From: an uncultured Candidatus Saccharibacteria bacterium
GTDB taxonomy: Bacteria; Patescibacteriota; Dojkabacteria; SC72
Reading direction: 5' to 3'
NCBI GenBank assembly: GCA_964405015.1
Contig: CAYOME010000001.1
Span: forward strand, 165,584-229,583
DNA: 64,000 nucleotides
The notes under the pieces are model-generated. The model made no database searches. It was not told where the DNA came from and saw nothing but the letters and a program-made list of their open reading frames with translations. The stretch's first letter is position 1. Each line of letters begins with the position of its first letter. The position numbers and the translations under genes are program-made. Shown in pieces: positions 50,272-60,000 of the stretch.

Positions 50272-51303
50272 TTATAAATCCTTCTCCTTCTTAAGTTCCT
50301 TTAGTAATTCAAGCATGTGTTTTTTGAGATCAATATTCTCATCGAATAAACCGGTTCCATTTCTCTCCCAGGTCATACTTTTATCATCAATCATATTCCA
50401 AAAGTATAATTCTTCCACATATCCCTTTTCAGTACACAACTCTTTAAATAACCTATATGAATATCCCTGATACTCATACCAAGTAGGATAGGAAATACCA
50501 TCGCACACTACCTCTTGTTCTGGATTGATACTACCACCTTCATAATCTCCATTTTTAGGACCAATATCAAATTCAGTAATTATCAATGGTAATTTTGCAC
50601 TATCATGTATTTCGTCTAATACTCTATTGAGCGATTCTGTTGTAGGCAAGAAGAAAGGTCTTGGATAATATCCGCTATGAGCCTGTTCTCCTATGATATC
50701 TATTCTCCCTCCCAATTTCTTAATGTTATCAACTAGAATTAGAAACGGCTTTCTTATTTCTTCTCTAATTAAACAACCATATTCATTTATCATATACCTA
50801 CCTTCTGGATATTCATCTATAGCCCATTTAAAGATATCAGCAATTACATCTGTTTTTTTCATTTCTGTACCTAAAAAGTTCTCTTCATCTTCCTTGACTA
50901 TTTCGTTTACTAATTTAAAGAATGAGACTTTTCCCTTGTATCTATTTATTACAGCTCTAACATGATTTTCCAACGCTTGATATTTTTTATCAGAATCAAG
51001 TTCTTTATACCACTCTGGGAATACATCTAAACGCCCTGTAATTACAGTATTGAAATGAATACAAACACCATTCTCTTTAGCAAAATCAACAAGAAGATCA
51101 ACATTCTTCCAATCATATTCTATTTCAATATTCGGACCCTTAGCGATCATTCCAAATATCCCAGTTCCATACATCCCAAAGTTATTAAAATACTCTAAAG
51201 CCATTTCCTTGTACTTTGAAGATATGTTTTGTGAAGCAACATCATTAAAATATTTATGGTGAAGAATAGTTCCAGTTTTCATATAGAAGCGAGTTCTTTT
51301 CAA
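50272..51303 (-). CDS. Glycoside hydrolase family 10-like (beta/alpha)8 enzyme, no signal peptide
   Basis: It aligns with GH10 landmarks: VCIHFNTVITG, RYKGKVSFFKLVNEIV (acid/base Glu in the VNE context), RYMINEYG, RIDIIGEQAHSG and LPLIITEFDIG (nucleophile Glu in the ITEFD context). Confidence 0.55.
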   Translation of the reverse strand: MKRTRFYMKTGTILHHKYFNDVASQNISSKYKEMALEYFNNFGMYGTGIFGMIAKGPNIEIEYDWKNVDLLVDFAKENGVCIHFNTVITGRLDVFPEWYKELDSDKKYQALENHVRAVINRYKGKVSFFKLVNEIVKEDEENFLGTEMKKTDVIADIFKWAIDEYPEGRYMINEYGCLIREEIRKPFLILVDNIKKLGGRIDIIGEQAHSGYYPRPFFLPTTESLNRVLDEIHDSAKLPLIITEFDIGPKNGDYEGGSINPEQEVVCDGISYPTWYEYQGYSYRLFKELCTEKGYVEELYFWNMIDDKSMTWERNGTGLFDENIDLKKHMLELLKELKKEKDL

Positions 51304-51341
51304 AACTTTAATTACTTATATCCCTATGTTACACTAAAAAA

Positions 51342-51830
51342 ATGAAAACCGTAAGAATTGGAGATTCTCAATCCGTAGAAAAAAGAAGAATCGTCAACAC
51401 TTCTGCTGGCTGTTATCTAGTACGGAAATTACCTACCCAAAAGTATGAATTACTTCTCATTCGCAAGAAATGGAAAACAGGCGAAGAAAAATATGTATTA
51501 CCCAAAGGTCACATCGAAGGGAATGAATCTTTAGAAGAAGCTGCTATAAGGGAAACAATAGAAGAATCTGGTTATACTGATTTCGAATTACTAAACTACC
51601 TTGGTTCTATTACGTACGAATTGGATTGGAGAGAAATACAAGTTAAAACTGATCACTATTTTTTGTCTATATTAATTAGTGATAAACAGAATGACATAAA
51701 TAAAGAAACATACGAAGACGAAGTAACCATAGAAATTATATGGATAGATTTAGGAAAAGGGTTTAATCTTCTTACCTATGAAACGCAGAAGGAGATACAC
51801 AAAATAATAAAAGACATTTTGAAAATATAA
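51342..51830 (+). CDS. NUDIX hydrolase
   Basis: Nudix box GHIEGNESLEEAAIRETIEESGY (GX5EX7REUXEEXGU). Confidence 0.8.
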   Translation: MKTVRIGDSQSVEKRRIVNTSAGCYLVRKLPTQKYELLLIRKKWKTGEEKYVLPKGHIEGNESLEEAAIRETIEESGYTDFELLNYLGSITYELDWREIQVKTDHYFLSILISDKQNDINKETYEDEVTIEIIWIDLGKGFNLLTYETQKEIHKIIKDILKI

Positions 51831-51984
51831 TAATTATAACTTACAAAAGAAGTATAACTGATTCCGATTATATAGTTATGTTTTTCTTCTTCTTGATATG
51901 ACAATAAAATGAATAATATGCCTCACCCTCAGAAACTTTCGATAGAAGGCTAGAAATGTTTCTATAAAGATGTAGTATATTCCT

Positions 51985-52593
51985 ATGGAAATAGATAATC
52001 AGTCTGTAAAAAGAATCCTACAAGAAGAATTTTGTAAGAATATCTTGACTATACAACAAGTGAGAAATTTACCTTCTAGAAATACATATATCGTTAAAGA
52101 TTCAAATACTCCGTTTGTCTATAAAATCTACAATAGACAAGGACAAGAAGACGAGATATTAAATAGCATCCCAATTCAAGAGTATTTAAAAGGTGTAAAC
52201 TTCACTCTCCCTAAGATAATTAGTACTACAAGTGATAAACCATACTTTCTTAATCAGGATTACATAGTTACTCTACAAGAGTACATAGAAGGAGAGAAAA
52301 TTACACTTACAGAAGAGAATGTCTTATCTGTTGGAAAACTACTAGATAGTTTACAGAGGATTTCATATAACAATGAAACCATAGTACATGGAGATTTTAT
52401 CTTAAACAATATTATCAAAACCAAAGAAGGTAATTTGTATTTAATAGATTGGGATTATGCACATCTTGGGGATTCACAAGAAGATATTGAATATTTTATA
52501 GAATCAGAGATTATAGAAAGTAACTTACCTTTAGAAATTCAAAAACACTTAAAGATTTCTTTCTTAAATCAAGTAAGAGATAGTAATAATTGA
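51985..52593 (+). CDS. Compact APH/choline-kinase-like phosphotransferase (protein-kinase-like fold)
   Basis: Brenner catalytic motif HGDFILNNII and metal-binding LIDWDYAHLGDSQEDIEYF, plus an upstream VYKIY Lys strand. At 202 aa it is shorter than typical APH enzymes. Confidence 0.55.
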   Translation: MEIDNQSVKRILQEEFCKNILTIQQVRNLPSRNTYIVKDSNTPFVYKIYNRQGQEDEILNSIPIQEYLKGVNFTLPKIISTTSDKPYFLNQDYIVTLQEYIEGEKITLTEENVLSVGKLLDSLQRISYNNETIVHGDFILNNIIKTKEGNLYLIDWDYAHLGDSQEDIEYFIESEIIESNLPLEIQKHLKISFLNQVRDSNN

Positions 52594-52627
52594 AGATTTT
52601 TGAAATAACTTAAATCACTAGAATGAA

Positions 52628-53095
52628 ATGTCTTATCCCCAAGAACCCTCAATAGAAGGTCAAATCTATTTCTATCCACCAGAATATTACGTGTTTGATA
52701 ACTTCTCATCTTTTCAAATTAAGTACAAAGGTAAAATATATCCAACTGCAGAACATGCATATCAATCTGCAAAATTTCTTAATACAGATCCTAAACTATC
52801 AGAAGAAATAAGGAAGGCTAAATCAGCACATGAGGCATTTAAAATAGCAGAAGAGAATTCTGATAAAAAACAAAAAGATTGGGATGATATCAAACTAATT
52901 ATCATGAAAGAAATACTCATATGCAAAGTAAATCAGCATGAATACGTTAAAAAGAAACTATTACAATCCGCAGACAGAGAAATAGTAGAGGACTCATGGA
53001 GAGATAGTTACTGGGGTTGGGGAGAAGATAAGGAAGGAGAGAACCATTTAGGTAAGCTATGGATGGAAATTAGAGAAAAACTTAAAGCACTTTAG
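52628..53095 (+). CDS. NADAR (YbiA/DUF1768) family N-glycosidase
   Basis: Characteristic blocks are YVFDNFSSFQIKYKGKIYPTAEHAYQSAKF, DWDDIKLIIMKEIL and SYWGWGEDKEGENHLGKLWMEIR. Confidence 0.75.
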   Translation: MSYPQEPSIEGQIYFYPPEYYVFDNFSSFQIKYKGKIYPTAEHAYQSAKFLNTDPKLSEEIRKAKSAHEAFKIAEENSDKKQKDWDDIKLIIMKEILICKVNQHEYVKKKLLQSADREIVEDSWRDSYWGWGEDKEGENHLGKLWMEIREKLKAL

Positions 53096-53703
53096 CCAAG
53101 TACAAGCTCAGGAGAAGGTTCTACTTCAGTCTCTTTCTTCTCATAGATTCTGAGGGTATTCTTTGCTGAGAAATCCAATTTGCGAACACCTTTACATGCA
53201 AGATTAAGAGTTAAGGTTTTTATTTGATTATTCTCAACCAATGGATCAACTGAGGAGTCTATCATACTAATTGCAACCGAATATGGATCATACACTTCTC
53301 CCTCTCTTGATAAATATCCTTTATTTAGAGGAGTCTCATCAAGTGTTTCATTACGACCCCCTTGTTGAACATTATCTCTAAAACTCTTTATATTGTAAGG
53401 ACTTCTATGAACAACCTCTTTGAAATGCACAGATCTAGATCCCAATTCTTTCTTGAGAGCACTTATTGTCGAGAGTAATACTTCTCTATCTCCTTCCTCC
53501 AACTCATTAATCTTAAGAATGTCTTTTGTGTAAGAAGGCTTCTTTGCTATATTCTCAAGTACTTCCAAATAATTTTCAAGTTCGGGATCACTCTTCGGCT
53601 CGAGACCTTCTTGTACAGCCACTTTAAGTGTATTACCTGAATCTTTTATTCTTTCTTCTAAAATATCTGTTGTATTCATATATAGGAATAATAGCACAAA
53701 CAT
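53092..53703 (-). CDS. Hypothetical protein
   Basis: 203-aa ORF convergent with the NADAR gene (4-nt overlap). No recognisable motif, and the start is possibly at an internal Met. Confidence 0.35.
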   Translation of the reverse strand: MFVLLFLYMNTTDILEERIKDSGNTLKVAVQEGLEPKSDPELENYLEVLENIAKKPSYTKDILKINELEEGDREVLLSTISALKKELGSRSVHFKEVVHRSPYNIKSFRDNVQQGGRNETLDETPLNKGYLSREGEVYDPYSVAISMIDSSVDPLVENNQIKTLTLNLACKGVRKLDFSAKNTLRIYEKKETEVEPSPELVLG

Positions 53704-53777
53704 ATACAGATAAAACAGATATGACCTAATATTTAAAATATATGATAATATTCAACAAATAATTAATAACAATACTA

Positions 53778-54326
53778 ATGCTTCTTTACATAACATCGAA
53801 TCAAAACAAAACAGTTACAGCAAATAGATTACTAAGCCCATTTGGAATAACAGTAGAAGGATATAAAGTAGAAGGAATAATTGAACCACAGATAGAAGAT
53901 ATAGTAGAAATATCAAAATACAAAGCAAAACAAGCATATGAAATTGTTAAGAAACCATTAATCGTAAGTGATGGAGGATGGATGATACCAGCATTAAATG
54001 GATTCCCCGGTCCATATATGGCATATGTAAATAGTTGTTTTACACCAGAAGATTTTCTTAATCTCATGAAAGATAAGAAGGATCAAACAATCATTCTTAA
54101 GGAATGTGTTACATATATTGATGAAAATCAAACCAAATCTTTTGTATACGAAACTAAAGGGCATTTTCTTAAAGAAAAACATGGACAAGCAACATCAGTA
54201 GATCAAGTAATAACCTTTAGAGAAGATCTGAAAACAACAGCAGAGTGTATAAATGAAGGAATATCAGGAATACCTCAAAACAATCTATGGAATGAAGTAG
54301 GGGAATGGATAAAAGAGAATATTTAA
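53778..54326 (+). CDS. Ham1/ITPase-family non-canonical purine NTP pyrophosphatase (archaeal-like short form)
   Basis: ITSNQNK (the ATGNxxK site), KKPLIVSDGGWMIPALNGFPGPYMAYV (the DDSGL..ALNG.PG.YS site), and closely parallel archaeal ITPase blocks. Confidence 0.65.
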   Translation: MLLYITSNQNKTVTANRLLSPFGITVEGYKVEGIIEPQIEDIVEISKYKAKQAYEIVKKPLIVSDGGWMIPALNGFPGPYMAYVNSCFTPEDFLNLMKDKKDQTIILKECVTYIDENQTKSFVYETKGHFLKEKHGQATSVDQVITFREDLKTTAECINEGISGIPQNNLWNEVGEWIKENI

Positions 54327-54328
54327 AC

Positions 54329-54850
54329 TTATATTCCGAGATTATACTTACGGATATTTTCTATAGAAATCGCATCAAGTTTCCTTATTCTCTCAACTAT
54401 TAACCAAATTAATTCTGGCTGAATGATTTTCTGCTCAATCAATTCAATCATTGTACTTTCTAGAAATCTTTTTGCTTCTAAATATGGATTTGGAATAATT
54501 CTTTTGTCTAACATTCTGGAACGTTCTGATATTCTAAATTCTTCCTGATGAAGTATATTATCAATCAATTTGTACATAACCCCCTTTATACTGTTTGGAT
54601 ACAGAGGCGCTTTTAACATCTCTTCTCTATATTCCCAAGATTTCTGAATAAGAGAATATCTGAGCCCGTAATATGAAGATGTAAATTCAGCAACATCCTC
54701 TTGATCAAGATCATAGACATAAAATGGAGAACTCGTATCATGATATCTTCTTGCAATATTTTCAAAATACAAAAGATACTTTTCCAAGGGGTCCAAAGAC
54801 TCACTCTCTTCATGTTCATCAAAAGAAGAAATACCTGATTCTATACTCAT
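54329..54850 (-). CDS. Hypothetical protein, downstream partner of the nucleotidyltransferase-like gene
   Basis: 173-aa acidic helical protein starting 10 nt after the NTase-like gene. No clear HEPN Rx4-6H motif was found. Confidence 0.35.
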   Translation of the reverse strand: MSIESGISSFDEHEESESLDPLEKYLLYFENIARRYHDTSSPFYVYDLDQEDVAEFTSSYYGLRYSLIQKSWEYREEMLKAPLYPNSIKGVMYKLIDNILHQEEFRISERSRMLDKRIIPNPYLEAKRFLESTMIELIEQKIIQPELIWLIVERIRKLDAISIENIRKYNLGI

Positions 54851-54859
54851 ACAATCCCC

Positions 54860-55294
54860 CTATTGATTTTTTAAATATTCCTCAATCATCTTCACATGTA
54901 TAGCATCCTTGTCTCTCCCCATTTTCTTCTTCCAATCCAGAGTATCTTCTATTGATAGGAATGGATAACTTCCAATAACTATTGCTCTGTCATGTAATTC
55001 TTGGAATGTATAATCTTGCATACCCCAACAATTCCACATTTCAATAAGTTGATCAAATAGATATAGATGATGACAACTCCATCTCTCATCATAGATATTT
55101 TCAGACAACCCCTTAACTCTTTCCCAGGTAGAAGGGGATACAAACAAATCTAAATCTCTTAAATCAGAAAGAGGTCTTAAACCTAATGCAAACATAACTC
55201 CAGAACCCATGATTATGTAATCATCTGAGGATAAATTAAGAGTGTCTAACATCTTAAACGCATAAGCGGACTTAAGCTCTTGTTCTGTTAACAT
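54860..55294 (-). CDS. Minimal nucleotidyltransferase (Pol-beta superfamily)-like protein
   Basis: IIMGSGVMFALGLRPLSDLRDLDLFV fits the hG[GS]-x9-13-[DE]h[DE]h NTase signature. It is 144 aa, and the call rests on the motif only. Confidence 0.4.
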   Translation of the reverse strand: MLTEQELKSAYAFKMLDTLNLSSDDYIIMGSGVMFALGLRPLSDLRDLDLFVSPSTWERVKGLSENIYDERWSCHHLYLFDQLIEMWNCWGMQDYTFQELHDRAIVIGSYPFLSIEDTLDWKKKMGRDKDAIHVKMIEEYLKNQ

Positions 55295-55427
55295 ATTTGT
55301 TCAAATAATTTTACAAAAAAACCTTCATATTATATACCTTTCTATCGTTTTTGCACACTATAAGCCCAACATTGCAAACAAATATCATATCCACTAAAAT
55401 ACCTTAAATAATTAAAAATATTCTTAC

Positions 55428-56072
55428 ATGAAAGAAAAGATTGAATTTACAAATAACTATAATGACCTAAGTACCGATAGAGGTTTTCAATTTGAATTCC
55501 TTTGTTCAAGATGTGGGATAGGATTAAGAAGCAAATTTAAATCCTTTACCATAGGAAATGTTAGCTCAGCAATAAATACTGCAAGTAATATTTTCGGAGG
55601 AATTTTAAACAATATTGCATCTGTTGGAGAGGACGTAAAATCGGCAGCATGGGAAAAAGCACATGACGAAGCATTTGAAGAAGCAATTCTTGAACTTAAA
55701 GATGATTTCATACAATGTCCAAGATGTTCAACTTGGGTATGCAGAAAGAAATGTTGGAATACAGAGAAAGGACTTTGCAAAGAATGTGCACCAGATTTAG
55801 GGGTAGAGATGGCAGCCGCACAAGCAAGTAAATCTGTTGAAGAGGTTTGGGCACATGCAGCAATGGCAGAGGAAGATATAAAGTTGGGAAAGGAATATTG
55901 GAGAGAAGGTATTACTGCAACATGTCCAAATTGTGAAAAACCCCTTGCTAAAAATGCAAAGTTTTGTCCAGAATGTGGATTTGCTCTTAAGCAGAAAGAT
56001 CAATGTTCTAAATGTAATGCTAAGGTAGAACCAAATACAAAATTCTGTCCAGAGTGTGGAAATAAAATTTAA
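55428..56072 (+). CDS. Multi zinc-ribbon protein (four CxxC...CxxC pairs)
   Basis: CSRCG, CPRCSTWVCRKKC..CKEC, CPNCEKP..CPECG and CSKCNAK..CPECGNKI, with the last two resembling double zinc-ribbon (DZR) units. Confidence 0.5.
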   Translation: MKEKIEFTNNYNDLSTDRGFQFEFLCSRCGIGLRSKFKSFTIGNVSSAINTASNIFGGILNNIASVGEDVKSAAWEKAHDEAFEEAILELKDDFIQCPRCSTWVCRKKCWNTEKGLCKECAPDLGVEMAAAQASKSVEEVWAHAAMAEEDIKLGKEYWREGITATCPNCEKPLAKNAKFCPECGFALKQKDQCSKCNAKVEPNTKFCPECGNKI

Positions 56073-56094
56073 TAGAGGCAAAAACTCATATATT

Positions 56095-56352
56095 ATGGAA
56101 ACTGAGCAAAATAAAAATGAAGTAATAGTAATAGGAGGAGTATATAGACATTTTAAAGGTGAATATTACCAAGTCCTAACTGTAGGATTAGATTCTGAGA
56201 CATTAGAGGAACAAGTCGTATATACTACCTTGTACTTTAATCCCGAGAAAGAAACTCGTGTATGGATTAGACCCCTAAATGATTTCATGGGTACAAAGGA
56301 AATGGAAGACGGAACAATAATTAGAAGGTTTGAATTTATTAGTGAGAGGTAA
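56095..56352 (+). CDS. DUF1653-family small protein
   Basis: GGVYRHFKGEYYQVL...EQVVYTTLY...RVWIRPLNDF matches the DUF1653 consensus (YRHYKG..Y.V......VVY.....WVRP). I chose the Met at 56095 because the track start at 56056 overlaps the upstream gene. Confidence 0.55.
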   Translation: METEQNKNEVIVIGGVYRHFKGEYYQVLTVGLDSETLEEQVVYTTLYFNPEKETRVWIRPLNDFMGTKEMEDGTIIRRFEFISER

Positions 56353-56393
56353 GGATATTTAAAAAAGAAGGTATTGAATGTATACTTTTAAAT

Positions 56394-56921
56394 ATGAAAA
56401 ACCCTCAAGTAATAAAAATTGTGCTACTTTTAGCATGCCTTTCAATATTAGTTGTCTTACAAGGATTTAGAGTTAAGGACCCAGATGTAATAGGAGTCTC
56501 CGATAGCAATTCCCAAGGTGAATATTACAAGGTATTAGATGTAGTAGATGGAGACACAATAAAGATAGAAGAGATTGGAACAATAAGAGCAATTGGTATA
56601 GATACTCCAGAGACTGTAGATCCAAGAAAAGATGTTGAGTGCTTTGGGATGGAAGCATCAAACAAAGCGAAAGATCTATTAGAAAATCAACTCGTTAGGA
56701 TAGAATTCGATGAATCACAAGGTGCAGTAGATAAATATGGAAGGGTATTAGCATATATATATCTTGAAGATGGAAGAATGTTTAATGAAATAATGATTAA
56801 AGAAGGATATGCACATGAATATACATATGATTCAGAATACAAATATCAGAGTGATTTTAAAATAGCAGAAACCTTTGCAAAGGAGTCCCAAAAAGGCCTC
56901 TGGGGAGCCATTTGTCAGTAG
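56394..56921 (+). CDS. Secreted staphylococcal-nuclease-like (thermonuclease/SNase) protein
   Basis: A signal peptide, then VVDGDTIKIEE...IRAIGIDTPET, ECFGMEASNKAKDLL and DKYGRVLAYIYLEDGRMFNEIMIKEGYA, with the SNase catalytic-site residue pattern. Confidence 0.8.
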   Translation: MKNPQVIKIVLLLACLSILVVLQGFRVKDPDVIGVSDSNSQGEYYKVLDVVDGDTIKIEEIGTIRAIGIDTPETVDPRKDVECFGMEASNKAKDLLENQLVRIEFDESQGAVDKYGRVLAYIYLEDGRMFNEIMIKEGYAHEYTYDSEYKYQSDFKIAETFAKESQKGLWGAICQ

Positions 56922-56953
56922 GTATCTCATAACAAATTGATAAGAAAAAAAAC

Positions 56954-56982
56954 TTGCTAGGTATATCCCATATTGGTATATT
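56954..56982 (+). promoter_or_regulatory. Candidate sigma70-type promoter for the giant surface-protein gene
   Basis: TTGCTA, a 17-nt spacer, then TATATT, lying 26 nt upstream of the ATG at 57008. Confidence 0.35.
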
Positions 56983-57007
56983 AAATGTATAAGTATCCAT
57001 ACCTATT

Positions 57008-60000
57008 AATGAAAAAACTGCCTAGAATACAGATAAAAAATATTAACAGACGAATCTTAGTAACAATAACTGCCATAATATTGTTAGTACCTTTGTTAAT
57101 TGTTTCACTACCATATATCAAGGTCTGGCAAGCGAGAGCTGCTGCAACAATATATTGGGATGGTGGTGGTGATGGAACATCATGGTCAAATGCACTAAAC
57201 TGGAATACCGATGTAGTACCAAGCCCAACAGATGAAGTCTTGATAGATACGGCAAGTACAGTCAATATTACGGATCCAATAACAGTAACCTCTCTTACTT
57301 TAGGAAAATCTGATGGAAGTGCAGCTACTGTATTACAATTTTCATACGATGCCGTAACACTTGGAGCATTAACTATTACTGGTAGCGAATTTAGATTAAA
57401 TCCAGGAGCAATCGTTAGACATGTAGATTACAATGGAGTTAACCCTGCAAAAGTAAATATTGATGTTCAAACAGGAAATGCCTTAATTCTTGGTTCTATA
57501 AATGTTGATGCGAGAGGGTACAGAGCGGGTGATGGACCAGGACAAGGAACTGATGGTGGTGATGGTGGTGGAGGTGCTGCGTACGGAGGTAATGGTGGAA
57601 GAGCACAGCAAGGATATGCAGGAGGTACTGGGTATGGGGTATATACACTCCCTACCGAATTTGGTAGCGGTGGTGGAAATAGATCTGGATATGCAAGCAC
57701 TGGAGGTCATGGAGGTGGAGTCGTTAAGCTAAGCGTTGGTGGTACTTTAACTGTAACGGGAACTATAACTGCAGATGGAAATGTAGGAGCAAACTCTGGT
57801 GATCGAAAACCCGGAGGTGGGAGTGGTGGTTCAATATTAATTACTACTGGGACCATAACTGGTAATGGAATTGTAAAAGCAAACGGAGCACAGGGTGGAG
57901 ACTCCAACTATGATGGAGGTAGTGGTGGAGGAGGAAGAATTGCAATATATTACACTACTAATACATCTTCATTCTCTACTTTAGCAGCTGCGGGTGGAAA
58001 TTCAACCTTAGCGGGTTCTGCACAATATGGTGGGGCAGGTACAATATATATGAAAACACCTTCTCAGACTAATGGTGATTTAATAGTTAGCAACAATGCT
58101 TCAGGATGGTCTACCAACCTTTCTGCAGAAGTACCATATACTCCACTTCCAAGCGCTTTAACACTTGATAATCTAACAATATCGAAATTCGCCAATGTAA
58201 ATTATACTGATACCCTCACCGTAGGAACTACTTCAGAGGTTTCATATTACGCATATCTTAATCTAACAGGTACTGCAACACTTAATACTTTCAATATTAA
58301 TAATAGTGGTCATTTTTTCTCCCAAGTTACAGCAACAACTACATACAATACCATTAACTGGACAGGGGGAATCATAACAGATAACGGAGGAACGTTTGCA
58401 CTTGTTAGTGGTGGAGCTGCTCTAAGTATTCCAACAGGATCAATATTAAATGGAAATGTTCAAAGAACATTCACCAATGTCACTGTTGATGGTACTCTTT
58501 CTCATACAGAGAATGGAGCGACACCAACAAACAAACTAGACTATATTATTAGTGGAAATCTTACTGTTAATCTATCTGGAAGAATTAATGTAAACGAAAA
58601 AGGATATGCCCCAAGCCAAGGTCCTGGACAAGGAGTTGATCAAGAGGGTGCTGGTGGTGGTGCATACGGAGGAAATGGTGGAAATGGTGCAAACGGAGTA
58701 GGTGGTACTGCGTACGGAAGTTTAACAATACCCACTGACCTTGGAAGCGGTGGTGGATTAAGAAGTGGTAGTGGAGTTTACGGTGGAGGAGCAGTAAAAC
58801 TTACAGTAACAGGTACGACAACAATAAATGGAGATATTACTTCAAATGGTGGATATGGAGACGATGGTTCAGATAGAGATCCAGGAGGTGGTAGTGGTGG
58901 CTCTATCTTAATATATACTGGCACATTAACAGGTACTGGAAATATCAACGCAAATGGTGGTAATACAAAAGATACAAACTACGATGGCGGTGGTGGTGGT
59001 GGTGGAAGAATTGCTTTGTACTTCACTAACGATACTTCCACATTCGCTTCCTTAACCGCTGATGGAGGAAGACCTGGAGCTGGAGGTAGGTATGGTGGAG
59101 CTGGTACTATTTACCTTAAAGACAACGACGATACATACGGTGATTTGATAATAGATAATAATGAACCATCTTGGTACACACAATATTACTATGTTGCATT
59201 AACACCCTTACCTTCAAATCTTACACTTAAAAACATGACCATTGCTGACTTCTCTATTATTGAGTCTTCACAGAGTCTTTCTGTAACTGGCGACTTAAAC
59301 ATATCTAAATATTCTCACTTTAAAAATATTGGAACCGCAACTCTTAACAACATAAACATTACAGATAATGGATGGTATTACAATGAATCAGGATCTACTA
59401 CTACATATACAACTATTAACTGGACAGGGGGAATCATAACAGATAATGGTGGAACATTTGCATTACTAAGTGGAGGAAATGATCTTTCTATTCCCACGGG
59501 ATCGACACTAAATGGAAATGTACAAAGAACATTTAACAACGTTACAATAAACGGAACTTTAACTCATACCGAAAATGGAGCTACACCTGTTTACAAACTA
59601 GATTACATAGTAAATGGAGATTTACTTGTAACTTCATCAGGACAAATAAATGTAAATCTCAAGGGATATGCAATGAGTGAAGGACCCGGTGCAGGTGCAG
59701 ACGGTAGTGGTGGAGGTGGTGCAGGATATGGAGGCTATGGAAGTAATGGCGATAACTCAGTTGGGGGTCAAGCATATGGAAGTATTACACAACCAACCGA
59801 TCTTGGTAGTGGAGGTGGATATGGATCAAACTGGGGAGGTAATAGCCGAGGAGGTGGAGCGATCAAACTTTCAGTTGCAGGGACACTTACCGTTAATGGA
59901 TCAATAGTCTCTAATGGTGCAAATGGAAATGATGGCACTGACAGAGTACCAGGGGGAGGAAGTGGTGGCTCAATATGGATTACAACAGGAACACTCTCTG

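Noticed and set aside
49694-56921. Prophage or integrative element
   Set aside because: No integrase, recombinase, capsid or terminase-like ORF was recognised, and no att-like repeat of the tRNA 3' end was noticed by eye. I kept it only as an accessory-island hypothesis.
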